64,000 nt of DNA, taken from the NCBI RefSeq assembly GCF_009914755.1, contig NC_060938.1, one strand, 5' to 3'. Of the stretch, positions 1 to 51,524 are shown one piece after another. Origin of the DNA: the human T2T-CHM13v2.0 reference genome, Homo sapiens. The position numbers and the translations under genes were made by a program. The notes under the pieces were generated by a model, which did not search any database, had not been told where the DNA came from, and saw only the letters and a list, made by a program, of their open reading frames with translations. Numbering within the stretch: position 1 is the first letter of the stretch; the number at the start of each line of letters is the position of its first letter.

Positions 1-14
1 ACTCCTCTTAAGAG

Positions 15-165
15 CCCTGTGAAGTGGGTACTAATGGCTGTTGCCATTTCCACTTTACAGAGGAATAAAGTGAGGCATGGGGACTGTAAGTGCCTTGCTC
101 AAGGTCACCCGATGAGCGATGAGCGAGCGTTGGAGCTGAGATTCAGTGGCACGGAACCTGTAATC
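15..165 (-). mobile_element. MIR fragment
   Basis: Core-like ...actttacagagg...gaggcatgg...ttgctcaaggtcac. Confidence 0.65.
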
Positions 166-1002
166 CCCAGAAGCATCCCCAGCTCCTCGGTCTCCTCACC
201 CTCCGACTGGGAGACTCCCCAGTCCAGCTTCCCTTTCCACCCTCTCAGAGGGTGGTTCCTGCTTCCCCTCCAACACCACTGGCCTGGGGATGAAGACGTG
301 TCTTTCTTGTTCCCCTTGGCAACATTGAGACTCTTCCTCCCTGCTTTCTAGAGCCCCCTGTCTTGGACCCACAGGTGTCAACCTAGACATCTTGCTGCCC
401 ATCGTTGTTAGTCATCAAGGAGTCCCCCAGGCCACTCTCCCCTTCCCCCCTCACTGTCTCCCCAGTTTTTTTCCTGTCTTCATTCTTGCTGATGTCAATG
501 TCCACATCTCCACAAAGATGATCCTTCTGATACTCAGCCGCTCGCTCCCACGGTCATGTCCTAGACCCGATCACCACCGATAGCCGGAATCTCTTTCATT
601 TCAGCACCAAACATCCCACTTTCGGCATGCCACTCCCTCTGCTCTACACTTACTAGCCGTCCACAATTCTTCTACCTCCCCTTGGAACTCCAGTAGCTTT
701 CCCTGGTCCTCACCCATCTTGCATCTTATTTCTCTCCTGGCTCAAATTCCACAGCAAATCATTACAATTATTCACCTGCTACACCCTCAACCCTCTTGTG
801 TTATGCTCATACTTGCTGGGGGGAAGCCTCTACCCCTACTAAGTCTTCCACACCTGCAACCATACAGGTGAATCCAGCACAGCAAGTCTGGCTGCTCTCG
901 TCAATTCAAGATCATGAGCCTCCACAGGCCCCATTGTTGCCTGGCAATCCTGCTCCATTTCCGTAATCCATCCTCTCTTATTCCCCTAGACTTCTATTTC
1001 TA

Positions 1003-1430
<428 letters not shown>

Positions 1431-1813
1431 AAACTAGAAGCAGTAAGGACAGAACACTCACTGGCTGCCGCCGCCACTCCTGGGACCAGCCAGCACCTGA
1501 GCATGTGTGCTGCCTTCCCTCCCACTCACCCAGCCAACAGCCTGACTCTCAGTAAACATCTCCACTGTGCACTAGTTCCCAAGCCTCCCGCAGTCTCACT
1601 TTGCTCCAGCAGTTCCCCCCTCCTCCTACTTCTTCTACTGAATCATTCCCACCACTATACAATGTGTTATTTTTCCCGTCTTAACCACTTTCACCTCCAA
1701 TTACTCTTCCAGAGAGCTGTTTTTGCCCACTGGCTCCAATTCCTCTCCTGTCATTCTCTCTGGAGCCTATTCCAGTCTGGCCACCTGCACATGGCTTAAA
1801 CCATGGCTAATTT

Positions 1814-1944
1814 GGCTGGGCGCAGTGGCTCGTGCCTCAAGTGAAAGAGAGATAGAGAGGGAGATAGAGAGAGAGGAAGGAAGGTAGAAAAGAGAGAGGA
1901 AGGAAGGAAGGAAGGAGGGAGGGAGAGAGAGAGAGAGAGAGAGC
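1814..1944 (+). mobile_element. Internally deleted Alu remnant with GA-rich microsatellite tail
   Basis: Alu head GGCTGGGCGCAGTGGCTCGTGCCT, then a (GA)/(GGAA) tract, flanked by AACCATGGCT(A/C)ATT. Confidence 0.7.
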
Positions 1945-1959
1945 AACCATGGCTCATTC

Positions 1960-3330
1960 ACAGTTGTCATCTTTCTTGACCACATCAACACTGGTTCCTC
2001 CCTCCTCCTGGAAACATTGTCTTCATTCAACCCAGGACACCACCCTCTCCTGCTTTTCCTCCTTCCTCACTGGCTGCTACTTCTCAGTCTCCTTCTCTGT
2101 TTCCTCCTCCCCTGCCCTGTAGATATTGGCGCACCCCGAGGCTCCCACCTTGGATCTCTCCTCTCACTACATTCTCTTCTGTAATTCAGGGCTTTGCCTC
2201 GAAGAGTTGTCGCTATGCCAGTGGCTTTTGTCTCACATTTATGTCTCCAGTCTCTTTTCTGAACTGCAGACTAACCTATCCAAATCCCTGCTCCCCGTCC
2301 CCACTTAGCATGTTCCAAACTCAACTCTTGGTTTCACCCTTGCACGCACTCCCCCTCCACCTCTACTGTCCATTTCCATCCTGCACTTTCTGCCTCTCCC
2401 ATTCCATAACAGCAACTCTATCTTCCAGTGGCTCAGGCCAAAAACCTGAGAGTCATCCTCGACTCCTCTCACTCTTTCACATCCCCTGTCTAATCTGCCG
2501 GCAAATCTTGTTGGCTCCACATTCAGAATATTTCCAAAATCTGAGCACGTCTCTCACCTCCACTGCGCCCATCCCAGTCCAGGCTACCATTGTCTCCTGC
2601 CCGGACCCTGGCCGAGCTCTCCGCATCTACTTCTCCACTTGTTCACCCCTCCTGCTCCCCCACCTAGTCTCCATATGAGGATCAAAGAGATCTCATTAAA
2701 GCCTGTAATCCCAGCACTTTGGGAGTCCGAGGCAGGAGAATCACTTGAATTCAGGAGTTTGAGACTAGCCTGGGCAACATAGTGAGACCCTTGTTTCTAT
2801 CAAAAAATTTTAAGAATTAGCCTGGTGTGGTGGCATGCACCTGTAGTCCCAGCTACTCTTGAATATTGCTTGAGCCCAGGAATTGGAGGCTACAGTGAGC
2901 TATGATTGTGCCACCGTGACAGAGTGAGGCTCTGTCTCTCTCTTAAAAAAAAAAAGTCATTTTAATTCACTCCATGGCTCACTCCCCATGCCCTTTGCCC
3001 TGCCCTGTGCAGCCCACTGGTCTGCTTGCTTCCCCAACTCTCCGGGCAAGCTCGAAGCCCAGGGCCTCTCCTCCACTTAAAGTGCTCTTTCCCCAACAGC
3101 TGCATGGTTCACTCCCTCAAGTCCTTGCTCAGATGTCATTCTCTCAGTGAGGAATTCCCTAATCACCCCTTTACAATTCTAACCTCACCCTCATCCCTCC
3201 ACTTTGTCTCCCCAGTAGAATCCCACAAGGGAGGGATTTTTATTTATCTTGTTCACTGGTGCATTTGTCTAGCATAAAGCAGTTGCCCACCAAATATTCA
3301 AATGCATCAATGAATGGATGAATGAGTCTA
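1960..3330 (+). mobile_element. L2 LINE remnants, interrupted by the Alu at 2701-2955
   Basis: Pyrimidine-rich L2-like motifs (aaaacctgagagtcatcctcgactcc) and a tgaatggatgaatg end. Confidence 0.6.
2701..2955 (+). mobile_element. Truncated Alu (AluJ-like)
   Basis: gcctgtaatcccagcactttggg ... A-tail, with internal deletions. Confidence 0.9.
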
Positions 3331-3659
3331 CTTTTCTCGAATGGAAGTGAAGGGTTTCCAGGTAGAGGTGAGGTCTGAAGGCAAAATGAATGATCTTTTG
3401 AGAGAACAACCACCTTGCAGATAAGTTCAAGTAGCTACCGGACACCTCCCATTTTCACCTGCCCTTCCCACTGTTATCCATGCCTGAGGAATGTGATGCC
3501 AGGGACGGCAGGCTCTGCATTGGTGTCTCACCAAAATGTTCAGGCTCACGGAGTTGGCTCAGGTCCCTGGGCAGGTGCTGGTCTCCCTAGTTCAAATGCC
3601 TGGAAGACAGAGACCTTTCTAAGCCAGGCATAGAAATAACAAACTCCACATATTTCCAG

Positions 3660-4037
3660 CTATTTGTGGGGGCAAAAAAATTAAAACAATTGAACTCATG
3701 GAGATAGAGAGTAGAAGGATGGTTACCAGAGGCTTAGAAGGATATGAGGGTGGTGGGGAGTGGGGATGCTTAATATGTACAAAAAACAGAATGAATAAGA
3801 TCTAGTATTTACTAGCACAACAGGGTGACTATAGTCAAAAATAATTTAATTGTACACCTTAAAACAACTGAAAGAGTATAATTGGATTGTTTGTAACCCA
3901 AAGGATAAATGCTCGAAAGGATGGATACCTCATTTATCCTGATGTGCTTATATCTCATTGCATGCCTGTATCAAAACATCTCAGGTACTCCATAAATATA
4001 TACACCTACTATGTACCCACAGAAGTTAAAAAAAAAA
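3660..4037 (+). mobile_element. L1 3' end (L1MA-like)
   Basis: gaactcatggagatagagagtagaaggatggttaccagaggct ... ctactatgtacccac plus A-tail. Confidence 0.85.
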
Positions 4038-4613
4038 GGGGGGGGGGGTGTTTCTTGAGTCACTGCACATGCCAGGCACTGCATTCCCTAGGAGCTATGG
4101 CCCTTACCATGGCTGGATGGTGACTGGATCAGAGATTGCTGAATGCAGAGATGATTGTCATTGAGCCCCGTCTGCATGGGCGTTCCGTGAACACAGCGGT
4201 TTTGACTTCCAACCTGAACATTTCCACACTGGGGTCTGACCCACATTTGTGAAATTTGTTCATTTATATACAACAAAAACTTCCCAAGGTAGAACTGGTA
4301 AAATGCACATTTGGATGTGCATTTTACAACTCTTGTTTCAGGGATCCAGTGGTACAAAATAAGAACTCTCCCAGGAAACGAGAACCAGTCTGTCATCCCG
4401 GCCTTGGGTTTGAGGCAGCTGTTCTCTTGCAGGACAGGGCTGTGTGCCGTCTCGTGGGCTGGCCCTCCTGTCTTGGGTCTGAAGTGGCCTAGCCTGGCCG
4501 AGGCACTCGGTGCCCATCCCACAACTCCCCATCGGGCTTCTGTGTTTTGCAAAATGCAAGGGAGTCTTTGCATCTGACCTGGATGCCCTCTGTTTCCCAG
4601 GGATCCTCCCAGG

Positions 4614-42033
<37,420 letters not shown>

Positions 42034-44805
42034 CCGGGACCTGAGGCCTCCACTGGCGACTTGTTGAGGGGTCAGGGGAGGGCCTGGCAAGGGGAGGCAG
42101 GAGGGTGGCCTGGACCTCCCCACTACCTCCTGCAGACTTTGAGAAGCCCACAGTGGAGACATCCACCACCCCAGCCATGGGCCATACGGGGGTCCTGACC
42201 TGCTGCCCGGCTGGAACTGGGGGTGCTCGGCAGTGCTGAAGGAGCCTGGGAAGGGATGGGAGGATACAGGCAAGCACATGTCTTGAGAGAGGTGGCTGGA
42301 GCCCCGGCACAGAGACTGAACGCTGGGGTCCCTTCCTGGGACCAAGATGGAGAAGGTGTTCCTAAGGGAGGAGACAGAAGGAGGCTGCCGAAGGCTCTGT
42401 GGGGTCATCACCACTCTGCATCAGCTGCCCTTCCAAGGAGCTTCTGCTGCTGCTCCTCCTCCCAGCCCCGGCCCATTCCTCCCCTGCAGTCTGAGGAGGC
42501 AAAGGTATGTGCACGGGGCACATTGACAGGACACGGAGGACCACCTCATCACAGGGTTCCCTGCATGGGGATCTGTAAAGAGAAAGTTTCTGCACCCACC
42601 AGAGCAAGAGCCAACTGAAAGCGTAGACCTGAGAAGAGGTAACTCAGCCCCTTCCTGCTCCTCTGCCCTCATCAGATGTCCCCAGGAGCAGCAGGGCAGA
42701 GGCCCTTCTTTCTATTCTTACAAGGGTAGCTAGAGCGTGATCACTCAGGGCTCATCAAATGAGACTCGTGTGCATTTTTCAGAAGGAAACCTTGGTTAGT
42801 CCTTGCTGGGTAACACAAAGTGGGGTGAGACGACAGAAGCCGAATTCATGGAAGGGGGGTCTTCTCCCCAAAACTCTGTGTGGTGGGAAACCAGCTATAC
42901 CTCCCCAAGCCCCAGGGCCTAAAGAGAAGACCCCCTAAGCCAAAGATGTGGCCACTTAAAAGCGTCTCCTGCCTCCTACCCAACTGAGTGCCTGGGCCCC
43001 CAGCTTGGCCAAGATGGGCAGTACGTTAGGGTAAGAACCCCATGCTTCAAACTTAAGGACTGACCATCACCTGCGTCCCAAGTAGGACCCTTCCTCCCTT
43101 CTCGGGGCTGCCCCTGCACCCTGCCTTGAAGACCACCCAAGCGGCCTCCAGTGTGGGCCTGGTCCAGACATTGCAGATGCTTCAACCGTGATGTCGCCCC
43201 AGGCCTGCCAGGGGTGTGGTGGAGGGGAAGGCCACGTGCTCCAGGGAGAAGCCCTTTCTGGAGAAGCAAGGCTGTCCTCCCAGGGCTGCCACTACCAGAG
43301 ACCTGGGGGAGCTGAATTCCGAACAGTGATGGTGACACTCAGCACCTTTGCCACAGCCGGGGGGAACCGGCTTCTGCCTCTGGGATGGGCTCTCATCAGG
43401 ACCACCGTGCAGCCCAGCCAGGGAGGACATGAGAAGGGCCAGTGGGGGCCTCAATGAACCAGAACAAGCCAAGCTGAATGGGGTCTGTGTGCTCCAGGGC
43501 CCTCTTCAGCCCCCTCCCCCAAAGGTCTGGGTCCCTGCCACCAACCTACTGAAGGCCGGCCCCCGGCTCACCTCACCTGAGCACCTGCACCAGGCCCCAG
43601 GCACATGGCTGCCCTGAACTCAGATCACCTAGACCTTGTCCCTGCCCCACCTTTGCCCCATCCTAGCCCCAGAAGCTCCAAGCTTCACCGCAGGTGAGAA
43701 ATTGTGCTCAATGGGCAGAAACTGCTATACCCCCAGGGCATGGCCCACATTTTGGCATGAGGGTGTCTTTCCAGAGAGCTTGGGTTGGCTGGAGAGAGGC
43801 TGTCTTTCCCATTCCTTGTCCAGCTAGGAATAAAGGGGAAATGGTCCTAGCCTGGCCCCTACACACCCAGGTCCCACAGGCCCCCTCCCCACTGGAATTT
43901 CACCAACCAACAAGGGGAAAGTACGCTGTTACAGCATAGCGGTCAGGCCCAGCAGGAGCTTGGCACATGATGGGGAGGTGGCCAGCTCCAGGCCCTGCCC
44001 GACCCCATCATGTGTATTTGGTGTATGGGGTGTGGGGGGTCACACCAGAAGCTGGCCTGGGGTCTCTTCTTTGCTGGACACAGCTCCCTGGCCCCTGCCC
44101 CCAGCCCCTGCAGCCCCTGCCGGACTGTGGAAGCCACATATGGGAAAAGTCCTGGCAGACAATGTGGCGGGATGACTGGGGGCTTCTCCCTCTGAACCTG
44201 GGTCCAGTGTAGCCTGGCTCTGAGAGAAGGTGGTGAGCATGTGGAGAAGGTTCCATAGTCCACTCTTAGGGGAACCAGCAAAGCCTCATGGCAGTTGGCT
44301 CCATCTGGACCTCCCATGGTCACTACAGGATGGTGGAGCAGGGGGCATCTTTTAGCCTCCCCCCGCCACCACATCCAGGCCCTCTCAGGCACCTCCTGCC
44401 TCAGCCCACACCTGCCTCACCCATTGCCCCCCTCCCCCCACCTACTGCCATCCCACTCCTCTGCCAGCCACTTCCCAGCCGCCCCACCCCACTCCATCCA
44501 CCAAATCACCTCCTGACTTAATCCTTTCTGGAAGGAGCTGCCGCCCAGGAACCGGTATTGCCTAGAGCCTCCAGGAGGGGCCCTCCTCAGGCCTCCAGTG
44601 GCCCCATGCCCACCTGCCTGACCCTCCACTGCCCCTGGAAGCAAAGTGCCTATCAGCAGCGTTGCGTCCTCTGGGGCCCCCGGTCGGGGGGGAGGGGGTG
44701 TGGGCTAACCTTGGCCACCACCACAAAAGGAATGTGCCAGAATGCTGAACCTTCTTGTTAATGCTATGACCGTGCCTTGAATAAACAAGTCCTCCCAACC
44801 TCTCC
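42034..44805 (+). other. TMEM63C: TMEM63C 3'UTR (approximate end)
   Basis: Follows the stop codon; bounded by AATAAA at 44780-44785. Confidence 0.75.
44780..44785 (+). terminator. TMEM63C distal polyadenylation signal
   Basis: AATAAA followed by pyrimidine/GT-rich sequence. Confidence 0.8.
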
Positions 44806-46384
44806 TGGCCCCTGCCTCTCTGCCTGTGCATCTGGGCCAGCCTGGCCTTGCTCCGCTGTGCAGTGGAGAGAACTTTCTGGTCCTTGAGCTACCCAGGAAG
44901 CCAGCAGGGCAGCCCCGAGGAGCAGCAGAAGTCTCTGGTGAGTGCTGAGCCCCATGAGCAGGCCACTGGGCTAGGCTAGTGGCCAGACTTCAAAACACAC
45001 AGATTTCAGGTGAGGCCCCAGGAAGAGCGGCAGACAGGGCTCAGGTCTGCAAGAGGATGAGGGTGGGGGACTTGGGGGATGGGGGAGGTGGAGGAGAGGT
45101 TGGGTGGAGGAGAGGTTGGCACGAGGGAAGTGTGTGGGGCAGCCAGGTGGGATAAGAAACACCCGTTAGCAAAGGCTGTTATAACTGTGGCAAGGAGACA
45201 ACAGTTCCCTGCCCTGGCGGACACATCTCAGGGTCAGGAGACTGGTTCTGTCCCTTCCTCCAGCAGCTGCATGACCCAGGCTGGTCACCTCATCCAGACA
45301 GTAGGGCTGGGAGGACATGAAGCGGACTGTTCTGCTTCGTGACTGAGCAGAGCAGATTTGAGGGCAGAAGATGGGAATCTTGTGGGTGTGTTGAGTAGGG
45401 GGAGACTTCCTCCCGCAGTGCTCCCTATGGGGACAGAGGATGACAGTCTCAGGGTGGCTGCCTAAGGACTCTTTCCTGCATCATCCTCGCTGGGTCCTCT
45501 CCGCAAACTTCTACGGTCCATCAGTGGCCACTGACTCAAAGTCTACCAAGGTGTGGGCCTGGGCGTGGGATCAAGACCCGTCCACTTGTCCCCTCTCCCC
45601 CTCAAAACAATTATTTTCCAAGTCAAGTCAGCCCTTAAAATCCACAAGGGCTGCTTCGCAGGAGAGAAGCCATGAAGACTCCCTGACTGGACGGGACGGG
45701 GCTGCGCCCTGCTGCTGCCTCTCATGGTCCCCTCCCAGGGGCCGGCAGCTCCAGGGTCCCCAGATGGCAGGCCTGGGACACTCTGTGGTTCAGCAGACCT
45801 TTCGAGGGCCTTTTATCAGGCAGAGACTGAGAAAGAGACAGAAAAACAAGCCGAAGAGGGAGGGCGGTCTCCCCAAGGATGGAATGTCCTCCAGGGAGGT
45901 TAGTGTTGGTCAATCCTCTCTCCACTCAGCAGGCCAGGATGGACCGGAGGCCTGAAGGTGGATTTACCTGGGCTGGGGACGGGACTGGGGCAGGGCAAGA
46001 GGGAGCCCCAGGAGGCTGGCTCCACTGGGCTGTGCCCAAGAAAGGATTGGAGCACGTGACCGAGTGCTGCGCAGGGAGGAAGCAGCGGGGCCTGAGAGTG
46101 CCCCATGCCTCTGCCCAGAAACCAAGCCTGGGGCTGCACGGGGCCCCGCCAGGGAAGCCTGAGGCAGCTCACTTCTGTCCTGAGGAACCTCCTTGCTGGC
46201 CAGATTCCAGGTTTCTAGGTCTGCTCTGTGGAAGGCCTTGCAGAGGCGAGGAGAGCCTGGTCTATGGGGAGACAGGTTCCCAGGCTTTCTGAACAGAGGC
46301 TGCTTTCAGAACATCTGACAGTCCCTCGGCCTGGACAAGTGGCAGCCCGGCAGCTCTCAGCCTCAATTCCCAAGGTTCTCCAGC

Positions 46385-46510
46385 CCAGCTGCAAAGGAGA
46401 GTCACTCTCAATGTCCAGGCCCCATCCCTGAAAAACCAAAATTTCTCAGGTGGGGCCCAGTACCCTGTATTTTACAAAAGTCCCCCAGGTGATTCCAGTG
46501 TGCAGGGAGG
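46385..46510. mobile_element. MER5-like hAT relic
   Basis: ccaggccccatccc ... ggtggggcccag ... cccccaggtgattc. Confidence 0.55.
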
Positions 46511-47189
46511 GGTGAGTGGATAAGGAAAACAGTCCCAACCTCAGGCACTGCATGCCCTGGGTGGCCTCAGCATCTCACCATCGCCAGCTTAGAAATGACA
46601 ACTCCCTAGCTCAGGCACGCTTCTGCCATCTTTATCTTCTTTTGCAATAAGTATGAGTACCATGTGGGCCCGAGGGCCACACACCAGGTGTCAGGGGCAC
46701 TTCTGGCTACCTTGTCATCTTCAGCAAGGGTTCAAAGACTGTCCCTCTTCCCTCCCCTCCAAACACAGAGCCCAGTGGCTTCCATGACCGCCTGCCCATT
46801 TCCGTGCAACAGAACGTGACAAGTGCAGTAAACAAATAGGCCTACATAATGGGGTGTCAGGGAGAGACAAAGCCGGATAGGGGCAAGGGGTGCCTGTAGG
46901 TGGGGAGAGGATGCTTTGCACTAGAGAGGCCAGCACAAGCTCTGTGGAGGTGAGACATGAGAGCCAGCAAAGGGTCTGTGGGCACACATGCGGAGCCCAA
47001 AGAACCAGGCAGAGTGAGCGAGGGGAGGAGAGGGTGGGGCGAGGTCTGAGTGGGCAACAGGCTGTGCAGGCCACGCTGGGACTCCAAGTTTCACTCATCA
47101 TCTGAGAAACTATGGGAGGATTCTGGGTAGGAGTATGATCCCCTTATGTGTTTGTTTTCCAGGTTTTTTTGTTGTGGTGGTGGTGGTAA

Positions 47190-47599
<410 letters not shown>

Positions 47600-47776
47600 T
47601 TACCACCAGCCATCCTCCACAACTCTTTATCTTGCAAAACTGAGACTGTATACCCATAATCAATAATTCCTCATTCCCTCCTCCCCTTAGCCCCTGGCCA
47701 CCACCCATGTAACTCTTATGTGCTGAAATGGTCACTGTCACCAGGGTAGGACAAGTAGAAGCAGAAAGCCCAGCTG

Positions 47777-48077
47777 GGGCCAGGTGTGGTGGTGCACACC
47801 TGTAATCCCAGCATTTTGGGAGGCTGAGGTGAGAGGATTACTTGGGGCCAGGGGCTTGAGACCAGCCTGGGCAACAAAGCAAGACCCTATCTCCACAAAA
47901 ATTTTAAAAATTAGCTGGGCATGGTGGCATGCACCTGGAGTCCCAACTACTCGGGAGACTGAGGCAGGAGGATTCCTTGAACCCAGGATTTCAAGGCTGC
48001 AGTGAGCAATGATCATGCCACCACACTTCAGCCTGGGCAACAGAGTGAGATCCTGTCTAAAAAAAAAAAAAAAAAAA
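47777..48077 (+). mobile_element. Alu (AluJ-like)
   Basis: TSD aaagcccag(c/t)tggg. Confidence 0.93.
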
Positions 48078-49511
48078 GCCCAGTTGGGACTGTGTCAGAG
48101 GCATTCAGGAGAGAGAATATGGTAGCTTGCACCAGGATAGGGAGTGAATAAAGAAGCAGTTAAACTTGGAACAGAGGTTGAGGATTCATGGATGATTAGA
48201 TGTGGGGTCTGAGGGAAAGCAGGAACGCAAGGATGACTCCCAGATCTTCAGCATGAACAACTCAGCACACTCTGGTTTGAGGTGGAGAAAGCTGGGAAGA
48301 AAAAGGCCAAGGGAAACCCCAAGAGTTCCATCTTGAGTGTGTTCTGGTTAAGATGCTATGTGGGGATGTCAAGAAGGTGGCTAGATACAGGAGTCGGGCT
48401 GGAGATGTCATCAGCACCTGGGTGGTGATTAAAGCATGGGACTGGCTGAGACTTTGATGGGAGCAGGTGCAGGTGAGGAGGTCTGAGGGCTGAGCCAGCA
48501 CAAAGAGATGGGAGGAGAACCGGCAAGGAAAACCAGGAGGGACTCAAAAAGGAAGGAGGGTGTCCCCAGCTCTAACCACGCTTGGCAGTAAATGCGGTGC
48601 ATAGAGGAATAAGTCAAAAGATGCCACGAAGCAGCTTCAGCCAAGTGGAGAATGCTGAACAGGCCATTAGACAAATGACCCACTTCTCCCACACAGCAAT
48701 GGTGAGGGGAAATGGCAAGAGGGGCCAGGCCAAAGTGAAAGAGTGAAGAGACACAATCAAATGCGAAGTGTGCATCCTGAGTTGAACAAACCAACTGCAG
48801 AGAGACGTCTGGGAAATCTACACGTGGATGAATGTGGGCCATCAGGGAATTTGAATTAGGTGATGATGAGAAGATACCGTTCATCTTGTTAGATGTATTG
48901 ATGGCGTGGCTTCATATGTGAAATAAAGTGCCAGCTAGAAATTCATATGGAAGAATTTACAGGTAAAAGAACATGAAGTCTTGGATTTGCTTTAAAACTC
49001 TCCAGCAAAAACAAAGAAACAAAAACAAAAATGGGAGGGGGGTGTGGTTGGGGGAAGAGGTGCATGGAGATTCCCTCATCTCTTGATTCTTGTGTATGTT
49101 AACATTTTTCCATAATAAAAAGTGTAAAAATAAAGGCATGACCAACTTTTTCGAGTGCTGCTGAGCAGGAGAGGAAGATAAGGACTAAGATGTGACTCTA
49201 CATCTGGCAAGATGAGGGTGGTTGGTGACCTTGACTGTAGTAGATTGAAAGTGGGGGCAAAGCCTGGTTGAAGCAGGTTCCCATCCTCCCATAAGAAGTG
49301 AGGAGATGAAAACAGCAAGGAAAGACTGCTCTTTCGAAGGGTTTTGCTATCAAAGGAAGAAAAGAACCAAAGGGGTAGCTGGAGAGGAAAGGAAGTGAGG
49401 GGTTGTTCTTTGTATAGGAGGGGAGATGTGGGCTGATAGAGGAGGGATGCAGGAGAGAGGGCTGAGCCCTTGAGCAGAGGAGGAGGTAAGGGATACTCTC
49501 CCCTGATACAG

Positions 49512-49602
49512 ACGTGCGTGCATACACGCACACGTGCACACACACATGCATACACACGCGTGCACACACACCAGTGCATGCCCATGCACACACGCACTCA
49601 CA
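49512..49602. repeat. Degenerate (CA/CG/TG)n tract
   Basis: Direct reading. Confidence 0.85.
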
Positions 49603-50194
49603 CCTAAGTAGAAGAGTGGCTTTCAAAAAAGGTGAAAGCATCCATGCTTAGGATGACTCAGACACAGGTCAGAGGAGGGCATTAGACCTTTCCAAAGCCA
49701 GGCCACCTAGAGAGCTGTGGGCCAGACATGGACACCTGAGCCTGACCCATTAATAGGTCACACAGCAGATGAGGCCCTCACTCACTGCAGCCTGTAGGGC
49801 TCCAGAAAATGCTCTGGGCACCACAGCGGCCAAGGCGTTCCTAACATGCTGCAGACCCAGTGCCTGCAGTCACATAGCCTGGCAGGCCTGGCATCTGAGC
49901 TTAAAGAAAATGAGGCCCCATCTGGGAGCTGGCAAGGCCCCGTGGGCATCTGCTACATTCAGTCTTGGCTGAGAAACTGGAAGCCCAGGGCGAGGACAGC
50001 CAGCCCAGGCACAGGCCTTGCAGCCATGCGTGGGCTTCGGGCCCGCCGCCGAGGCTGGAACACATGGAGGTAACCCCAAACCTGCTCCAATCATGCCTAC
50101 TCAACACAGCTTCTCTTCCCCACGTCCCTGGCTGGCTTTCTAGCCCACAGCCTGTGGGGTCCCAAGCCCCCGACCAATGACCTGCTTCAGACCA

Positions 50195-50612
50195 TGGATC
50201 AGTGCGGGTATGGGTTTAACTAACCCCAAAATGTGTAATGGCATAAACACAAGAGAAGTTTGTCTCTTTCATATAAAATTCAAAATGGGTGATTCTGATT
50301 AATAGGCACCTTCCTCCAAGCAGCGATTCAGGGTCAGGACTCCTTTCACCTGTGGCTCTGCCATGTTCAACACGTGGCCCTCATGGTCTCTGTGAGGTCT
50401 GTATCACACCAGCAGAAGGATGACAGAGCATGGAGGAGCATGCAGGAGTTTTGGGGGACCAGGCCTCGGAGTGGCACACACATCTGCACGGTCCAGCGGC
50501 CAGAGCCCAGTCACATGCCCCACCTAATTGCAAGGGTGGCTGCATGACATCCAGCTGTGTGCCCAGGAGGAAGAAGAGCTGGTTTGTGGTCTGCCAGCCA
50601 GTTTGGGCCACA
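50195..50612 (-). mobile_element. MLT1-family MaLR LTR relic
   Basis: agtcacatgccccacctaattgcaaggg ... ctgtgtgcccaggaggaag motif. Confidence 0.6.
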
Positions 50613-50811
50613 GACCCCACAGATGTCTGCCACTGGCTTCCCAGAGCTTCCTCCCAGGCCCCTCCCTCCTGTTCCACCCACTCCAGCCTTGGCCTCCCTG
50701 ACTCCATCCTCCCATCCTGTCCTGAGATCCACTGCCCTGCAGCTTCATCTGGCACAGGCCAAGACCCAAGAAAAGATCAGGCCCGAGGGTCAGAGAGGCA
50801 CACAGAACCAG

Positions 50812-50817
50812 TTTATT
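50812..50817 (-). terminator. NGB polyadenylation signal
   Basis: tttatt on + (AATAAA on -) ~1.03 kb past the stop, with GT/T-rich sequence downstream on -. Confidence 0.8.
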
Positions 50818-51524
50818 TCTCATGAATTTATAGGACCACAGTCAGCACAGAGCAAATGGTACAAGTGCAGATGGCTGGGGTGAGGGCGGGGGCCTCTGCT
50901 GCTGCCTTCTCTTCTCTCCAGCTGCCTGAGTACTGGCACACAGCGGGCAGTGAATCTGAGGAGCTGTGGCCTCACAGTCGCTGCAGGCTGAGCCAGAAAG
51001 GAGGGCCAGGGGAGGTAAGACTCACTCCTGCAGGAGCGGGTTGGTGATGAAGGGCTGGGGGAACTCGGGTCTCTCTGGGATGAAGTCACCCCTCCTTCCT
51101 GGCCGGTCCCCAGCCCCTCCCCACCTGGCCAGCTAGCTGGGTTCCTGCAGCAGCGGAATAGTCAGGGAGTTCCCAGCAGAAGTGCTGAATGAGGGAAAGG
51201 GAATGCCGCCAAAGGAAACCGACTCTGTCAGGGCATCTGCACAGCCCGCGAGACTCAAATGAGACCCATTGAGACCCAGGTCCCCCTTCCCTTCCCTGGC
51301 AGTTCTGATTCTGCTCCCACTGCCTGGGATTCCACCAAGAAGGCTAAAGCTGCTCTTTCTCTTTATTTGTGAAAAGCAAGCCATCTTGGGGCAGGAAAGC
51401 AGTGAAGGGACTGGGCAGGCAGGACAGAAGGCGCTGGAAGCTCAGCCATCTCACCCCCGCCTTGGCCTGCACTCACCTGAAGAAGCAGGACAGACAGAAG
51501 AGCCCCATCCTCTCCCACCTCCAT

